Origin: Thraustochytrium aureum
Lineage: Eukaryota
DNA: 64,000 bases
Reading direction: 5' to 3'
NCBI GenBank assembly: GCA_012862495.1
Contig: BLSG01000410.1
Span: 135,558-199,557 of the forward strand
Shown: one piece after another, positions 1 to 13,935 of the stretch
Layout: each line of letters begins with the position of its first letter
Numbering within the stretch: the first letter of the stretch is position 1
The notes under the pieces: model-generated
Database searches by the model: none
What the model saw: only the letters and a program-made list of their open reading frames with translations
Told to the model about the DNA's origin: nothing
Translations under genes and position numbers: made by a program

Positions 1-242
1 CTGGTGCCAGGACCACGTGTGCCTTGCGTGAAGAGGAGGTGGCCCCCGGCTTGCCTGGCTACGCGATTGCGCGATTCGACTCAATGAAAGGGCTCGAGTT
101 GAAACTGCCACGCAGCCACTTGGAGCGCTTGCGCGACACCGAGCCTCCTGGCCTCCTGGACGAACACACCCTTGTGAATGGCCGGCCGCTCGGGCGGCGC
201 AAGAAAGCGGCGGCCGGGCTTTTCGGCGCGCACGCCTCGGGT

Positions 243-3200
243 TCATGCGGGCCAGCGGGCGCCGAAGCGGAAGCGGCGACGCCTGTGGTCCGGGTCGTCC
301 TTTGGGGCCTGGGAGCTTGTCGTTTCGGAACCCGCCGTTGGGACATGCCACAAGTGGTGTGCGTGGTCGTCGTTGTCGCCGTCGCGCGAAGGCAGAGTGC
401 CTCGGCCCCGACCCTCACTGTTTCGAAGAACGGAGGGGACGGGCGTGTTGCTGATGGAGCCGAGTGCCACGTCGCTACTGACAGAAATGACGGAGCCACC
501 CGAATCGGCTCGTTTGTGCCCCATGCCGCGCGAGAGAACTGCGCTTGCCCGTTGGAACGGGGAGCGCGGCGATACGACGCGCGTCAAACCCGCAGTTGGC
601 ACGGAAGTGCGGTCGGCACGGAGCACCACAGACGGCGGAGCGGGGAGAACGTCTTGATCAAAAACATGGTGACCCTCGTCCACCTCGTCCTCGGCAAGGT
701 GGCCCTCCTCTTCAGAGCTATCCGCGGCGCGAAACCTGTCGACCTCTGAGACCTCGACGCTGCCCTTCATATTGCTGGACGACGAACCTCGAGCGTCGCC
801 CGGAGGCGTCCGAGGGCGCGAAGCGGCTGCTGCAGACGCTGCGGCTCCGCCAGCGCCGTCGCTAGTGCCTTGGGTTGCTGAGAAAAACGTCTTCCTTGCC
901 GCTTGCGTCAGCTTGAGCCGCGCAGACTGGAGCTGCTTGGCCCGCGCTTGCTGCTCCTGGTGCTCCTGGTGCTCTTGGTCTGCGATCATTTTCCTGTCGC
1001 GATGGCGGCCCCCGCGCGCAATCACGAGCGATTTAAGCAGCTTGAGGCTGATCTTATTTCGAAGGTGCAGGAAAAAGGCTTGCCAAGTTAAGACCCGCAA
1101 GTGGATGATGATGCGCGGGCACTCGGCTCGCCTGTTGGTGAACCCGCCTACAATCGGAAACTTGTGGCAGCCAAGGTTGAGGTACACGGGCGACGTGCGG
1201 ACATAGCGCAGGTATACGATGTCAATGAGCTGCCCCGATGCAAGCCGAATCGCTTCGCGGGTCATCAACCCGAGCGCGCTCGCCCGCCGCGTGCTCAAAA
1301 GATAGCGCCGGTTCTCATTCGCCACTAGAAACGCCGCGTACTCGTCCTCGTCGGTGAAGATGCCGCCGACGCGAGCCGCCGCGATGTGCGCAGCCATGCG
1401 GCTTTCGATCAAGCCAAACTCCACGTTTCCATCGTGACTCCCACGAAGGGCTCCAGCCACTGCGCCCCACTGGACGCGAGGCCCAAGCTGGCCGCCCGGC
1501 CCGACGCGTGACTCGTGCATCAACATAACCTGCTTGGACGTCTCGGACATCTCGGCAAGCTTCGCCGGGGCCTGCTGGTCGTCCAGAGCATTTGCCAAGT
1601 CGGCATCCATCACTCCTTCCCGCAAATGGGGCCGCATCGCTGCCGCCCACATCAGCGACGCGATCCGTGGCTCCATGTCCCGAGCGCGGCGAGAGGTGAT
1701 GTCTGGCCCAAACGTGTACGACACCGTTCTGTGGTTCCCGCTGAACCAGTTCGGCGGCGACTCGACGTCGCCGTTCGTAATGGCCACAACGAGGTCCAGC
1801 GCGTGGCTCGGCGCCGACATGTCCCGCGTGAAGGAGAGCGAGACCACTTGCGAGATGGCGACCGAGCCGCGCGGCGGCATTCGCAGGCGGGTTTCAAGCT
1901 CGCTGCGGTAGTACTCGAACGCTACAAACGGCGTCTTGTTTTCTAGCCGAACGCGCAAGTGGCAGTAGTTGCGACGAACTCGGCCAGCTGCCCAGGAAAT
2001 ATCCGTTCGGCCGCGCTTGAAGATCCACCCTGATCTGATTGTCCACACTGTTTCGCCGCCGTCGGGGCCGAAAGGTTCTCCGCTGTCCGTCGAGCCCTTG
2101 CGCCCGGGTCGAAACGGCTGTTGCCCTCCAAAAGGGGCTGCCCCGGCTCCGCTGGGGCTCGCAGCGATGCCAGCAGCTCCGTCGTTCTTGTCAGGCTCCG
2201 ACGGGCCAGCCCTTGCCGCAACCGCCTCTGCGGCGCGCGGCCTGATTTTGCCAGCCCTGCTCTCGCTCCACTTGAAGTCGCCTGCGACGGGTCAGCTTTG
2301 AGCGGCTGCAAGCGCTGGCCGCCGCGGCGCCCGGCTGCGTTCGCACCGCAGGAAGCGTCTCCCCTTCGTCTTCACCTTCGGAGTTGAAGTACTTCATCAG
2401 AAACGTGAACACCTCGTACGTCAAAAACACGGAGAGCTGGTGCACTGGCGTTCCTGGGTACACAAGAAACTGGAGCATGTCGTACACGTTTACCTTGTAG
2501 TCCCCAAGAAGGACGTGCGGCTTGGTGCTCGCGTCCACGCGGAGGATCGGCACGTTGCGGCCGCGTGAGACGAGCCCACATTCACAACGCGGCCCCGGAG
2601 AATGTCTCGAGGGGTCCCGTCGTTGACCTGACCCGCAATGGGCGCTGGTTCACAGTCCAGCACCCGAAGGTCTTGAAGCGAGACCTGCACCTCCGTGGAC
2701 CCGTCCTCGCTGAAGATGTGGGATCCTCGGAGCCGAGTTGCGAGCATTCGCACGCGCTCATGGTCTTCTTCGTCAGTCGCACCTCTGCCCTCCTCGCCTC
2801 TTGCACCAGCGAAGCCTGGGTTCTTGTGCAGCGCGCTTCGATCCCGCGGGGGCGAGCCGTGCGCGTCCGCATGCTCACCGTGGCTGTGGAAGCCGCCAGC
2901 GCTCGGGGCCGTGCCGCTTTGAAGGTGCGAGGCGGCTTCCCCGAGGATGATCAGCGTAGCGTCGCCTATCGTATAAACAAGCTCGCTCTTCCTGCTGTTC
3001 CTGTTTTTGACCCGCCCATCGAGTATGGCATTCACGTGCTTTTGCAGCACTGCGACATTGTTGTTGGATTTGGCAAGCTCTGCCTCTGCAGCAGAGACGA
3101 GTGAACCCGAAGCGGCCGTGACTCCAGCGTCGCGGCGGCGGCGGCGACTGCTGGCCCGCGACGAGACTGACGCCAAGCTCGAGCCCCGCGAGGACGACCT

Positions 3201-6200
3201 GCTCCTTGCGCGAATCCTATCCTTGAGTTTTCGGGGGCGGCCCGGAGGCGAGCTTGTGTCGCTCATCATCCCCGAGGGCCGGTCCTCGTGCGCAGGTGCG
3301 AGGGGGACCTGGACAGAATACTCCCCACGCAGATCGCTGCCCGGGCTTTTCCCGAGCAAGGCTCCTTTCTCTTCAAGCAACTCTCTCGTATCAAAGTGAA
3401 TATGGCCAGGCGTCCCAGCAGACCAGTCCTCGCTCATCGTTTTGCGGCGATCCCGCTGGCGCCGTCGCGAACGTGCACGAGCGCGGGCTGACGACCCTTG
3501 CGAGGTCGGTGACGGGAAATCGTACTTTGACCCAGCCTCCTCTGCGCCCTCTTCGTCCTCGTCAAAGTCCATCACATACTCAGAGTGCCCGTCCGAGTCG
3601 AGCCAGCTCGCGTGTTCTTCTCCATCGCTGTCGCTGTCGCCCAACACGTCCAAGCGGTCCATGTTTTGGAACCATCGCAGGCCCGACTGCTCTGCGAGAG
3701 CCTCCTCCGAGACGCCGCTTTTGATCATTGCAGTGTAGTCTGGCGAGGGCATAACAAGCAGAAGGTCGCGCACGACGCCGAGGACATTGAAGAACTCGTG
3801 GGAGCCGACGCGAATCTCTAGCTTGGGAACATCGATCAAAAACTTGGCGCACGGCACGTCTCCGTCGTCTGCAGAGAGCCGCTGAGTGTTGACGGCTTCC
3901 TCGGGGGGGAAGATTGTGAACGACGTCTCACGAACGGTAAAGTCCGTCTTCACCAGTACAGGCCGCGGACGGGAACGCTCGACGTCGGGATCGTAGAGGA
4001 TGATCGGATCCGCTGGGCTACTTGTAAATGCGGACTCCGACTGCTGGAACGCGAACGCATAGTCGCTCAGTCGCTCCGTGAAACACAGAGGCGACGTCAC
4101 GGGCCGAATCTTAATCCACGGACTCTCCCCGGCAGCGTCAAAGTCGCTCGGCGGAATGAAGACCTGGGTCCCTGTGACTGCGACCTCCACTTCTTTGCAC
4201 AGCATTTCAAACCCAGGCATCACCTCTCCTGTGGCGCGGTGAGCCAGATCCAGCATGCTTTTGTACGTGGAGATGACGGCAGACTCCGCCGAAACGAAAG
4301 CGAGGCCGCTTCGAGCCCTTAGTTGAACCTGTGCCCAGCGTAGTTGGACCACGAAGGAGAGGTCTCCAAGGGCGTCTTGCTCGTCCTCTGTTGAATTCGC
4401 AGTGTCGTCGCCTGCGTCACCCATGCGTCCCTCAAAATTGCCCTCGCCCGAGTCCCCNNNNNNNNNNNNNNNNNNNNNNNNNNNNNNNNNNNNNNNNNNN
4501 NNNNNNNNNNNNNNNNNNNNNNNNNNNNNNNNNNNNNNNNNNNNNNNNNNNNNNNNNNNNNNNNNNNNNNNNNNNNNNNNNNNNNNNNNNNNNNNNNNNN
4601 NNNNNNNNNNNNNNNNNNNNNNNNNNNNNNNNNNNNNNNNNNNNNNNNNNNNNNNNNNNNNNNNNNNNNNNNNNNNNNNNNNNNNNNNNNNNNNNNNNNN
4701 NNNNNNNNNNNNNNNNNNNNGAGTCCCCACCGTGCGCATTCCCAAAGGGCTTTTCAAACATTGCCAGCGACTCGGCTCGGGCGAGCGCCTCCTCTTCCTC
4801 TTCAGGTCCCATCACGTAGCTCTCCCAGTACGCCACGCGGGTCTGAAAGCGAGAGCTATCACTCCTTCCGAGAAGATCAGCCATAAATCCAGTCGCGGGG
4901 ACGCTCGGAGCGTACACGCCAGTGAGGTCCACGAGCGGCCCTTCAAAGTGGCCGTCAAACTGCTGCGGTCGCTCGTCCTCCTCCCGAACGACGACGTGGA
5001 CGGGCTTGGCCGAATCAGAGGCTGTGGCGCTTTGCCCCCCGCCCGACGCGCTGGAGGCGCGGCGAACCATCGTGCTCGAGCTCCCAAGGCGGGACAGCCT
5101 TGTCGCGGCCGTCCCGCCCCGCCCCTTGGCGTCTCGCGAGAGGGTACGGCTGGACTGGCCCCCGACCGCGAGGTCCTCCTTGAGTCGCTCGTCGACGCGC
5201 CACTGTTGGCGAATTGCATACAAGGTGCTGCCTACGACCATGAATATGGCGTCCGCACGTTAATGGTCCACGTGAGGTGGCACTCGTCAATGACAATCGT
5301 CAGGGCCTCGTCGTCCGTCTCGGCGCCGCCGATCGAGCTGACCCGGTTCAGGCCTGCCTGCATGTGCCGCCACTTGCCAGCGTGCAGCATCAAGGCCGGC
5401 GACCAGAGCCACGGTTCTTCGACGAAGAGAGGCGTGCGTTTACTGCCTTGGGGCCCAGATTGGTTTGCGTGGTCGCCGCCGCTCTCTGATCCAGATGCTG
5501 GGCCAAGCTCGTTCAGGCGCGGAGGCACGGGGAACGCGCTCCAGTACCGCCACCCGCACCCCGACGCGTCAACGTATGTCCGGCCCTCCAGGAGCATCGC
5601 AGAAGCCGACCCTGGAACGTGCTCCAGCGCTCGCGGGATAAAGTACGCCGATACGTTGGGCACTGCACAAGGAGAGCGTGCAGTTTCCAAGGCGGCGGCA
5701 GCCCGTAGGGCGGACTCCAATCCGACGCGGTGCCATCCTCGGGCGCATCGCGCACATACTCGAGCTTCGTCAGCAACGAGTCTGCGTGAACGAGGAGCGC
5801 CGCTTCGCTGTTTGGCTCTTCCCACCACAGAACGCGGAGCCTATCAGCGAGGATACCAATTTTGAGGTGCGTTAACAGCCGCCCAAAAGTAGGGCGATCG
5901 GCCGGGGTCTTGGGCGGCCCTGGCGGGGCCAGGGAGCGCCAGACGTCGCAGATTGCCACATAACTCGCCCAGCACAGCGTAACTGCAGGGAAAGCGCATG
6001 CCTCGTCGTCCTCGTCGTCGATGTCATCCTCGTCCTCCCCTTCGTCCTCCCCCACCTCCTCGTCTTCTTCGTTCAGCGCGTCTGCCACGCCATCTGCGGC
6101 GGCGTGGACCTCGCCGCGGCCACTCTGGCCCCTGTCCCAACCCTGCGCTGTGTCCGGGTCTGCGCGGTGTCCCTCCTTGGTCAAGGTAGGCGAGTTCGTC

Positions 6201-9200
6201 GGGGAGTCGACCTCCGGGATTGGCTGGTGCGCTCGGTGAGATATGGAGACGTTCCTCACCCGGTCCAAGCCTCGACGGCTCTTAACGGGGTTCGCCCACG
6301 AGAGGATGCCTGGGCCATCCTCCTCTGTCCCATCGACACTGTGTGTTGAGAGCGAGGCCGAGCCCGACGACAGGGTGGAGGCCCGTCTAGCGCGGAATGT
6401 ATTTCCTCCGAATGCACCAACCGCCATCGGCGCGTCGCCGTCGGTTGTCGAGACGCACCCAAGCTCAAACTTGAGGCCCAGGTCGAGCCCCGTGGAGCGA
6501 AACGATGCNNNNNNNNNNNNNNNNNNNNNNNNNNNNNNNNNNNNNNNNNNNNNNNNNNNNNNNNNNNNNNNNNNNNNNNNNNNNNNNNNNNNNNNNNNNN
6601 NNNNNNNNNNNNNNNNNNNNNNNNNNNNNNNNNNNNNNNNNNNNNNNNNNNNNNNNNNNNNNNNNNNNNNNNNNNNNNNNNNNNNNNNNNNNNNNNNNNN
6701 NNNNNNNNNNNNNNNNNNNNNNNNNNNNNNNNNNNNNNNNNNNNNNNNNNNNNNNNNNNNNNNNNNNNNNNNNNNNNNNNNNNNNNNNNNNNNNNNNNNN
6801 NNNNNNNNNNNNNNNNNNNNNNNNNNNNNNNNNNNNNNNNNNNNNNNNNNNNNNNNNNNNNNNNNNNNNNNNNNNNNNNNNNNNNNNNNNNNNNNNNNNN
6901 GACCGTGCTTGTGGGTGGTGAAACTGTACGTAGTGGTCTTGCGTCAGGCCGCTCCCCCAGCCCAGCGAGACCTGCACCCGAGCAAGGGGCACACTGAGCA
7001 AGGTAAACTGGTCGACCTTCCGATCTTGGTCGTCACGAATCGTACTGAACGTGAGCCCTTCGCAGTACAGCTCCCACTCGCGCTGGGCAGCAGCGTCCGA
7101 CGCCGTCTTTTCGACTGGCGACCGCAGACCGGTTCCGCCCTCCCCGGGGCCGCCCTGCATCGGCACAAAGAAGCTGCCCCAGTCCATCACATCCCGCGCG
7201 ATGTGCGTCGAGCAGCTGCTGTCGCTGCCGGTGCTCGCGCGCCTTCGCGTTCGCGTACCGGGACGTGAGCGGCGCCGCGCAGCGTCCCAATCTGCGGACT
7301 CCTCGCGCATGCTTCGAAGTGTCACGTTCGTGCCCCTCAGGAAAATACCCGTGTCCCCGTGCCAAGGCGAGAGCGTAAGAATCCGCACCGAGGCCCGCCT
7401 CGCCTTTACTGTGAGATGGCCATGGTACATGTAGCGAAGCTTGTCCCAGAAGCCAAGCTTTGGGGAGGTCTTGTCCGAGCCTTTGGGGAGTGCTCGGCTC
7501 AGAGCCACATCAAACGCGTTCATCGTAGTCGTCAAGCAGTCGCCGTGCGTCACGTTGAGCTGCTCGCAGGCTAGACTCAGGCTGTAGTACAGTTTCGTGG
7601 GAACGCCGACGCGCGGGAGGCGGTCCACCAATATCCCCAGCGGGTGCCCGCGCCCCGCAAGCGGTGCCTTTTGCGGGGGCTCCTGGCTGCGCGCAGACTT
7701 GTTCGCGTGTGCAGGCTGGGTGTCGGCGAGCGACGGGGATGGCCCAGGTGTGGTGGGCGGAGAGTCGTCGACGTCGCCCGGGACCGAGCCAAACCCGGCC
7801 CCGGCGGCCTCGTTCGGAGCCACTAGCTGGCCTGAGGGGAACGCCTCGCTCAGGACGACGCTAGCCTCCGACGTGCAAGCCGCCGTTCCGTTGATTTCCC
7901 CAAGCACTACCTCGCTCGGGCGAAACAAGGACACAGACCAGGCTTCCACCAGAGGGCGCCTGTGGTTGCGGAGCTGAAACATCACGTGGTCTAGCTTGAG
8001 CTCCTTCAAGGTGCACCCCGTGACAAAAGAAAACCCATGTTTGCGGGCCTTGGCAGCAGCCTCAGGAGGGCAGTCGTCGAGGCGGCGGAGAGTCTCGAGA
8101 AGGCCGTGGCGGCCGTGCGCGCAGTCGTCCCACAAGATGGAGGCCCCAAAACCCTGCAGGCTAATAAGTGCGAGGAACGGGGCAGGCCCTGCTCGCTTTG
8201 GAACATACTTGAGCAGATCAGGGTTCTCTTCCCAAGCCGCCTCGTCGTGCCTGAACCGCACTTCGGCATCGTCGACGCCCACCTCCACACGAATCCGAAG
8301 CGTTGCCGCACGGGCAGCAAACCCGCTGCGCAATGTTTTTTGCTCTCGAAATTTCCCGCGCTCGCAACGCCTGCGTGGAGAGCATCCGGGCTGAAGGGAG
8401 ATTGCGGAAGTACGACGCTTCTGCGCGCAATCCGCAAAGAGGTCGCCGGCGGCGAACCTGGACCCCCCTCGTGCGCCTGCTTTGTTGGAAGAACAATTCC
8501 ATACCTTGACATGACATGGCGCACGCCTGCTCTGAAAGCTTTTCGCTGTTGCAGCAAGGCCTGAAGGGCGTCGCCAAACTCAATCCCTGGACCTTGAATG
8601 ATGCGCACCGCGCGGAGATCAATGCGGGCTACAACGTCCTCGTCCTCCCCATCGGGGCGAGTGCTTGCGGAGCGGCCCGCAGGTTCACCCTGGCTACGTC
8701 GCAGGTCAACTCTGATCAAATTGACGCGTAGAATCGTGTCAAAGGTAACGGCTGTCGAGCGGTCGAGGCGCTGGGCAGCCAGCGCAAGCAATAGCGGGGT
8801 CAGCGTCACGGTGGCCTCCCCCACGCTCGTCGAGGACGCAGTGACCTTGGGAATCCAAATCCGAAAGACGTGGCCAGAGCAGTGAAGCCCTTCATTTGCG
8901 TGCAGGAAGATGCTGAGCTTTGACAATGCCACTGAGACGTTGAAACGGGTCTTTCGCCAAAAAGACACGCCGACTTTGCGATGAGCAGGCGCTTTCCCAC
9001 TGCTGTCAGCGCGATGCTCGTTGTCGCCACTCACCGTCTTCGTGCTGCCGTTTCGGGACCGAAAGGAGGTGTTGGTTGCGAACCCGCCCCCCACGCTTCC
9101 CGACGCGACGGAACCACGATCGAAAGAGAGTCCATGGCGCCCTGCGCCCTCCCCACTGGACCCCAAACGAAGCTCGGATAGAACTGGGTCCAAGAACAGT

Positions 9201-12200
9201 CGAGTGTACTCCTCGTGGTAGTCGGCCGCGAGCGCGAGCAGTCGGAGCCACGATGCGCCGAAAAAGTGGAATTTGTTGGCCCGGTCAGCCGCCACAGCAA
9301 CCTGGACGTCGGTTGGGTACTCTGCTTCCTTGTCCCAACCGAGCGCGCTACTGACGATGAGTGGGCCAGACATCGTGATCAAGCGAAAGCGGCGCCGGTG
9401 CGACGCAGTGCCCCGCGACTCTGCCGCCTCCGCACCTGTGTCGTGCGGGGTAGAAGACTGGCGCTTTAGTTCTGTGGAGCCCCACGCCGAGGCCAGGAGC
9501 TGCGAGCGCTCCTGCAACTCGCTCGACTCGAAACCTTGCGAAACAGTCAGAGGGCCGACTTGGACCCGTCCAGAAACAGCCACACGCTGGGCGAGTTGCG
9601 CAGACCAGAGCAAGCGCAGTGCGTCAGGCAGCTCGCTTTCGTTCCCTTTAGCAGCCATGCGTGCCTTTTGCGCGCGTGCAAAAGCCATGGCGTCGACGGC
9701 AGCGGGCGCGCCGTGGTGACCGTCGCTGTGGAAGGCAAACTCATCGAGCCCAATGATGAGCTTCGTTGGGTCAACACTTCGGTGCGAGCCGGGCTTGTGG
9801 ATCTGTCTGAGCCGTGGAAGGATCGTCACCATAGCTGAGCTAACTTGGAAGCGGAGTGACACATGCCGAGTGATGGAGACGCCCAGTCGCTCGCTGATCC
9901 AGAGCGCGGCGAGAGGGCCAGCCTTTCGAGCGGCTTCTGCAGAGCCCTTGGTAGCGGCGCCACTCGCGCGGCAGCTCGCTGCCGATTCCTGGCTCTGGGC
10001 GCCCAGCCGACCGGACGAGCTCGCGCTGAGCGCCGATACACTCGCGCCTGTTCTCACTCCTGATGCTACAGAGCGGGTGGCAGAGTGAGAAGCAACAGCG
10101 CCTGGCTGTGCTCCCCTTGAAACTGCCGTCTTGAGAAGCAGCCCCAGACGGCCCAGGAGCAGGATCCGCGTCAAGAAGGTCGTCGTCAAGGTCGTCCAGA
10201 TCACCGTCGTCCATCCTCAACGCGAGGCGGACGCTTGAGATGCACTCGAAAAGCGAGATTGCCGCCTGTACGCTGGGCTTGGACATGCGAACGGATACCT
10301 CAAGCGCGCTGTCATGGTGGTGTTTGTGAGAGGCGACGCGGACGGCTTGAGCGAGCATACTAACAGCCCGAGGACTGCGCGGGCTGCGCCAAGCCGGAGG
10401 CCGCACGACGGCGGTGTCGAATGGCATCCGGCACAGGCCGCAGACGCCTTCGCCGCCCTCGTTCATGTAGCAACAACTATTGCACTCCCAGTCATGCTCC
10501 GGACCGCGCTCTAGCGGCGGCGTGGCCGGCTCCGCGCCCGCGTCGCGGTGGAGATCGCCACTAGGTGAATCGGGCAACGGTTCCGTCTCCTGCCGCGGAG
10601 TCGCAGGCGCGGTTCCGCTACCAGGACGCGACAGGTGCCCAGCTGACGGAGGGGAGGCCAGGTGCACCCAGCAGGACCTGAGCCACTCTGACTCTCCAGC
10701 GCGGATTGCGAGGCGGCTTTCAAACGACAATGCGTCGAGACTCAAGAACGAGATGCGGCTCAGGTCGTCGCGAATGCTCTCTTCGCGGCCTTCGCGCATG
10801 GTGAGGTGGTTGGCGACGAGCTTTTCCCGCGTCGAGAGCTGTGCAGTAGTGAACAGAGAGTCCACGTGCAGGGCCAGTGTCACCTGACGGCTAATCACGT
10901 TCAAAGGCCCCTGCGGCGCCCCGTCTTTCGCGAGAGACTCAGAGGGGCGGCTACCTCGTGGCGAAGACGCTTCGCCTCCCAGCCCCGGCTGCTCTGCGGG
11001 TTGCACATCGAGGGGCGCCAAGGCGCCTCCTTCGCCGGGGGCCATGGTTGGTGAAGGCAAGCCTGAGCGCCGTATGCATGCGCATGGCGCCGACTATGTG
11101 CGCCTGCCTCCAGTGGTGGCCAATAGCGGCTCGCCGCCTACAGTTAGGAGGGCAGAGGCGACGCGCAAGTCACATCTTCTTGGGAGCCGACACAACAAGC
11201 TGCTAAGAACGACATCTGCAAGCGCGTCAAGGGCGCCGGCGTCACGTGCGCGGCGGTTCAGGTCGGCCAAGTCCAAGTCATCATCGTCCTCGGCGCTTTC
11301 AGCCTCGCCATGCGCGGAAACCTCGCGTTCGCTGACGCGCTGCGCGACGCCCACGCTGCCTGGCGGCATACTGCACACTGAACACACCGCATCGAATGGC
11401 GTGTTGCGAAAGCTGCAGGAAACGCACTCCCATCCCGCCGAATCAGTCGAGACTTCGCTGTCGGCGTAGGGCCGGCCTGCAGAGTCCAAGTCCGAGCCCG
11501 TCATGGATCCGTCTTCGTCGTCCTCCTCGTCCTCCTCGTCAGCGCGATTTGTTGCTCCGCCGCCAGTTGAGCTTTCCCCGCTGGAGCTGCGGCGCAGTTT
11601 CCCTTGCTCGTGCAACGCGAGGCCCGGGGTTTTCGATTCCAGTACGCGACGGCGTTGCGCCTTGTGCGATAGAGCTATTCTCTTCGCGGCCGAGAGCCCG
11701 GCGAGGTCGGCGGCGCCAGGTGCGTCGAGAACCGGGTTCGGGGCATCTCCAACAGGAGCCTTTGTTTTTCTGGATGCGAGGGCCTGGACAGCGTCCAGGA
11801 GAGCGGAGGAGACAAACAAGTCTACATAGTCCACACCAACGAAGGTTGTCGCTGGCGCTTGCCACGAGCGCTTGCCGGCCCCTTCGAGCCCCGTGCTGGC
11901 GACGCGCTGCGGTATCACACAAGAGCATAGTGCTTGAGGTGACGCCGACTTGCGCGCATCGCCGTAGTCTGCCGACCTCTCGAACGCTGCAGAGGCGCAG
12001 ACGTTGGAGGCGTGGAACAAAGGCAGCCGCGCCGTCCCGTCGCCAACGCTAAGTGTGAAGCGGGAGACAGAGAAGCGCGGCTCCACAAGCACGCTCGGCT
12101 GTGTGGACGCCCGCTTGGTTTGCGAGGCCGCTGGGGCGCCGTCGGTGCCATCAGGCCCACTTTGAGCAGGGAAACCTGCCTGCGTGGGGGCGCCGGCTTG

Positions 12201-13416
12201 CGGGACGATGTCCTGCTTGCTGCACGAAAAGACAACGCCTGTCGTCTCCAAGTCCAGCGCGGTACCTTCGACGGCGTGCCGGACAGCGACCCGGTCGAGC
12301 TCAACCACCACAAAGCCCCGAAATCCACACCAGACGCTCTGCTGTGCGATTCGAGCCTTTCACGGCGTCCGGCGCAGCGGCTGATTGGGCCGCGTCTGCT
12401 CCAGCGGACGTCTCTGCGGCAGTGGGCTGGCCTTGTTCGCCCTGTTCTGGTTGATGTTTGTCGGCTTCTGTGAGCGCCTTGCGCCTCCTGAGCCGCTCGA
12501 GCGCGCTCGAAAGCAAGTTGAGGGACGCGCCGCTCACGTACAGCGTGAGAAGCGGGCGCGAGGGTCCGTGAAACGGGTTGATCGCTCGTGCCGAGAACCG
12601 AAGGGCGATCGAGTCGATCTCGAGCAGGGGAGCCTCCTGGTACAGCAAGGCGATGCCCTCGATTCTGCGCCGGAGGATGTCGATTTTGCCCACCTCGGCC
12701 CGCGCGTCGAGGACCAAGAGCTGGGCCACTATCAAGTTGACCGTTCCGGTGAAAAAGGCTGCTAGCATGGCCGGCCGCGAGAGGACGACGACCGTCAGAG
12801 CCACCAGGAGCGCGAACGGCGTCAGCGTCTGCAAAGGAAATCCTACGAGCCGGAACAAGCCCCCGAGCGCCAGCGACAGCAGAATGTAGAAAGCTAGAAC
12901 TGCTGCAACTGCAACGGAGGGAACGGACATGCGCCATAGCTTTTCAGGGGCGCCGCTCGAAGGCTGCGCGTGCTGTCCGAACGCCAGCGGCTCTCTGGCC
13001 GCTGCGCCGGCGACGCGCGAGTCGGCATCACCGGGCTCTTGCCTTGCCGCCCCGCCCGTGCTGCTGCCAAACTGGTGCTCGACGTTGTTCGTTGCCTGTC
13101 GCCACCAGTCCCCTCGCGGGAGCGGTTTGGGGCGCGGGAGGAACGACCGGCTGGCCGAGCTGGCCACCGACGGCGATATCGAGGTGGCCAGCGAAGCGCG
13201 GTCTTCCTCGCCGCCGAACGCCACATCCAGCGGCGGCGGCGGCGCCCTTCGCCGCGTCCCAGCTGCTGCGCCCCTCGTCCAAAACCCCTCAGCGCCAGGC
13301 CTGGCCCCACGACCGCCTCTCCTGATCCTCGCGCGTTCCAGCGCGTCCCTCTTCGTCGTGGGCGTGTCAATAATGCCTTGGCCAGTCGCCCAGTCCACGT
13401 CCTCCTCTTGCGCCAT
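243..13416 (-). CDS. BLTP2: Bridge-like lipid transfer protein, BLTP2/KIAA0100/Hobbit/Fmp27/SABRE family; one ~13 kb gene broken by assembly frameshifts and gaps
   Basis: Consecutive minus-strand ORFs (12301-13461, 11094-12311, 9840-11060, 8006-10204, 6465-8333, 5513-6427, 5232-5828, 4432-5241, 2490-4757, 2191-2553, 243-2048). Has N-terminal hydrophobic helices, the Fmp27 signature SPKLGFWDKLRYMYHG (~7425-7470), and Apt1-like C-terminal segments (HQLSVFLTYEVFTFLMKYF; YLRYVRTSPVYLNL...LTWQAFFLHLRNKISLKLL). Probable ATG at 13416 (MAQEEDVDW). The exact C-terminus is uncertain. Confidence 0.8.
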
Positions 13417-13935
13417 TCTCGCGGCCCGCAGCCCAAAACCCGACGAGCTGCGGCTGAACACGGCGAGCCGCTGGCGAGGGCAGCCGCCGGCAGGACCGCG
13501 AGTGAGCCGGACCCTTACCGAGGCCCCTCGCGCCCGCAGCGGCCGCCGCCGTTGAGGGTCTGCTGCCCGNNNNNNNNNNNNNNNNNNNNNNNNNNNNNNN
13601 NNNNNNNNNNNNNNNNNNNNNNNNNNNNNNNNNNNNNNNNNNNNNNNNNNNNNNNNNNNNNNNNNNNNNNNNNNNNNNNNNNNNNNNNNNNNNNNNNNNN
13701 NNNNAGCCCAACACGATCTGTTGTTGTTCGTGTCCCAATCGATTGAACTGGCATCGCGAATCGATTGACCGTGTGTCTTGAAAGGTGACTTTTCGAATGA
13801 ACTGTTCGCGAATCGATTATTCGCGAATTCAATCTTTCAATTGAATTCAATCGGTGTTGTTGGACGCGCTGGACGAGCTGCAGGCAGACCGGATCGGAGT
13901 CGAAGCGCAGGTGCGCGCAGAGCGGCGTGGAGAGC

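Noticed and set aside
11060..11096. In-frame TAG in BLTP2 as stop-codon readthrough or an alternative genetic code
   Set aside because: An alternative frame (AHIVGAMRMHTALRLAF) is open across it, consistent with two compensating indels. TAG is used as a normal stop in VWA8, IFT25 and HUS1.
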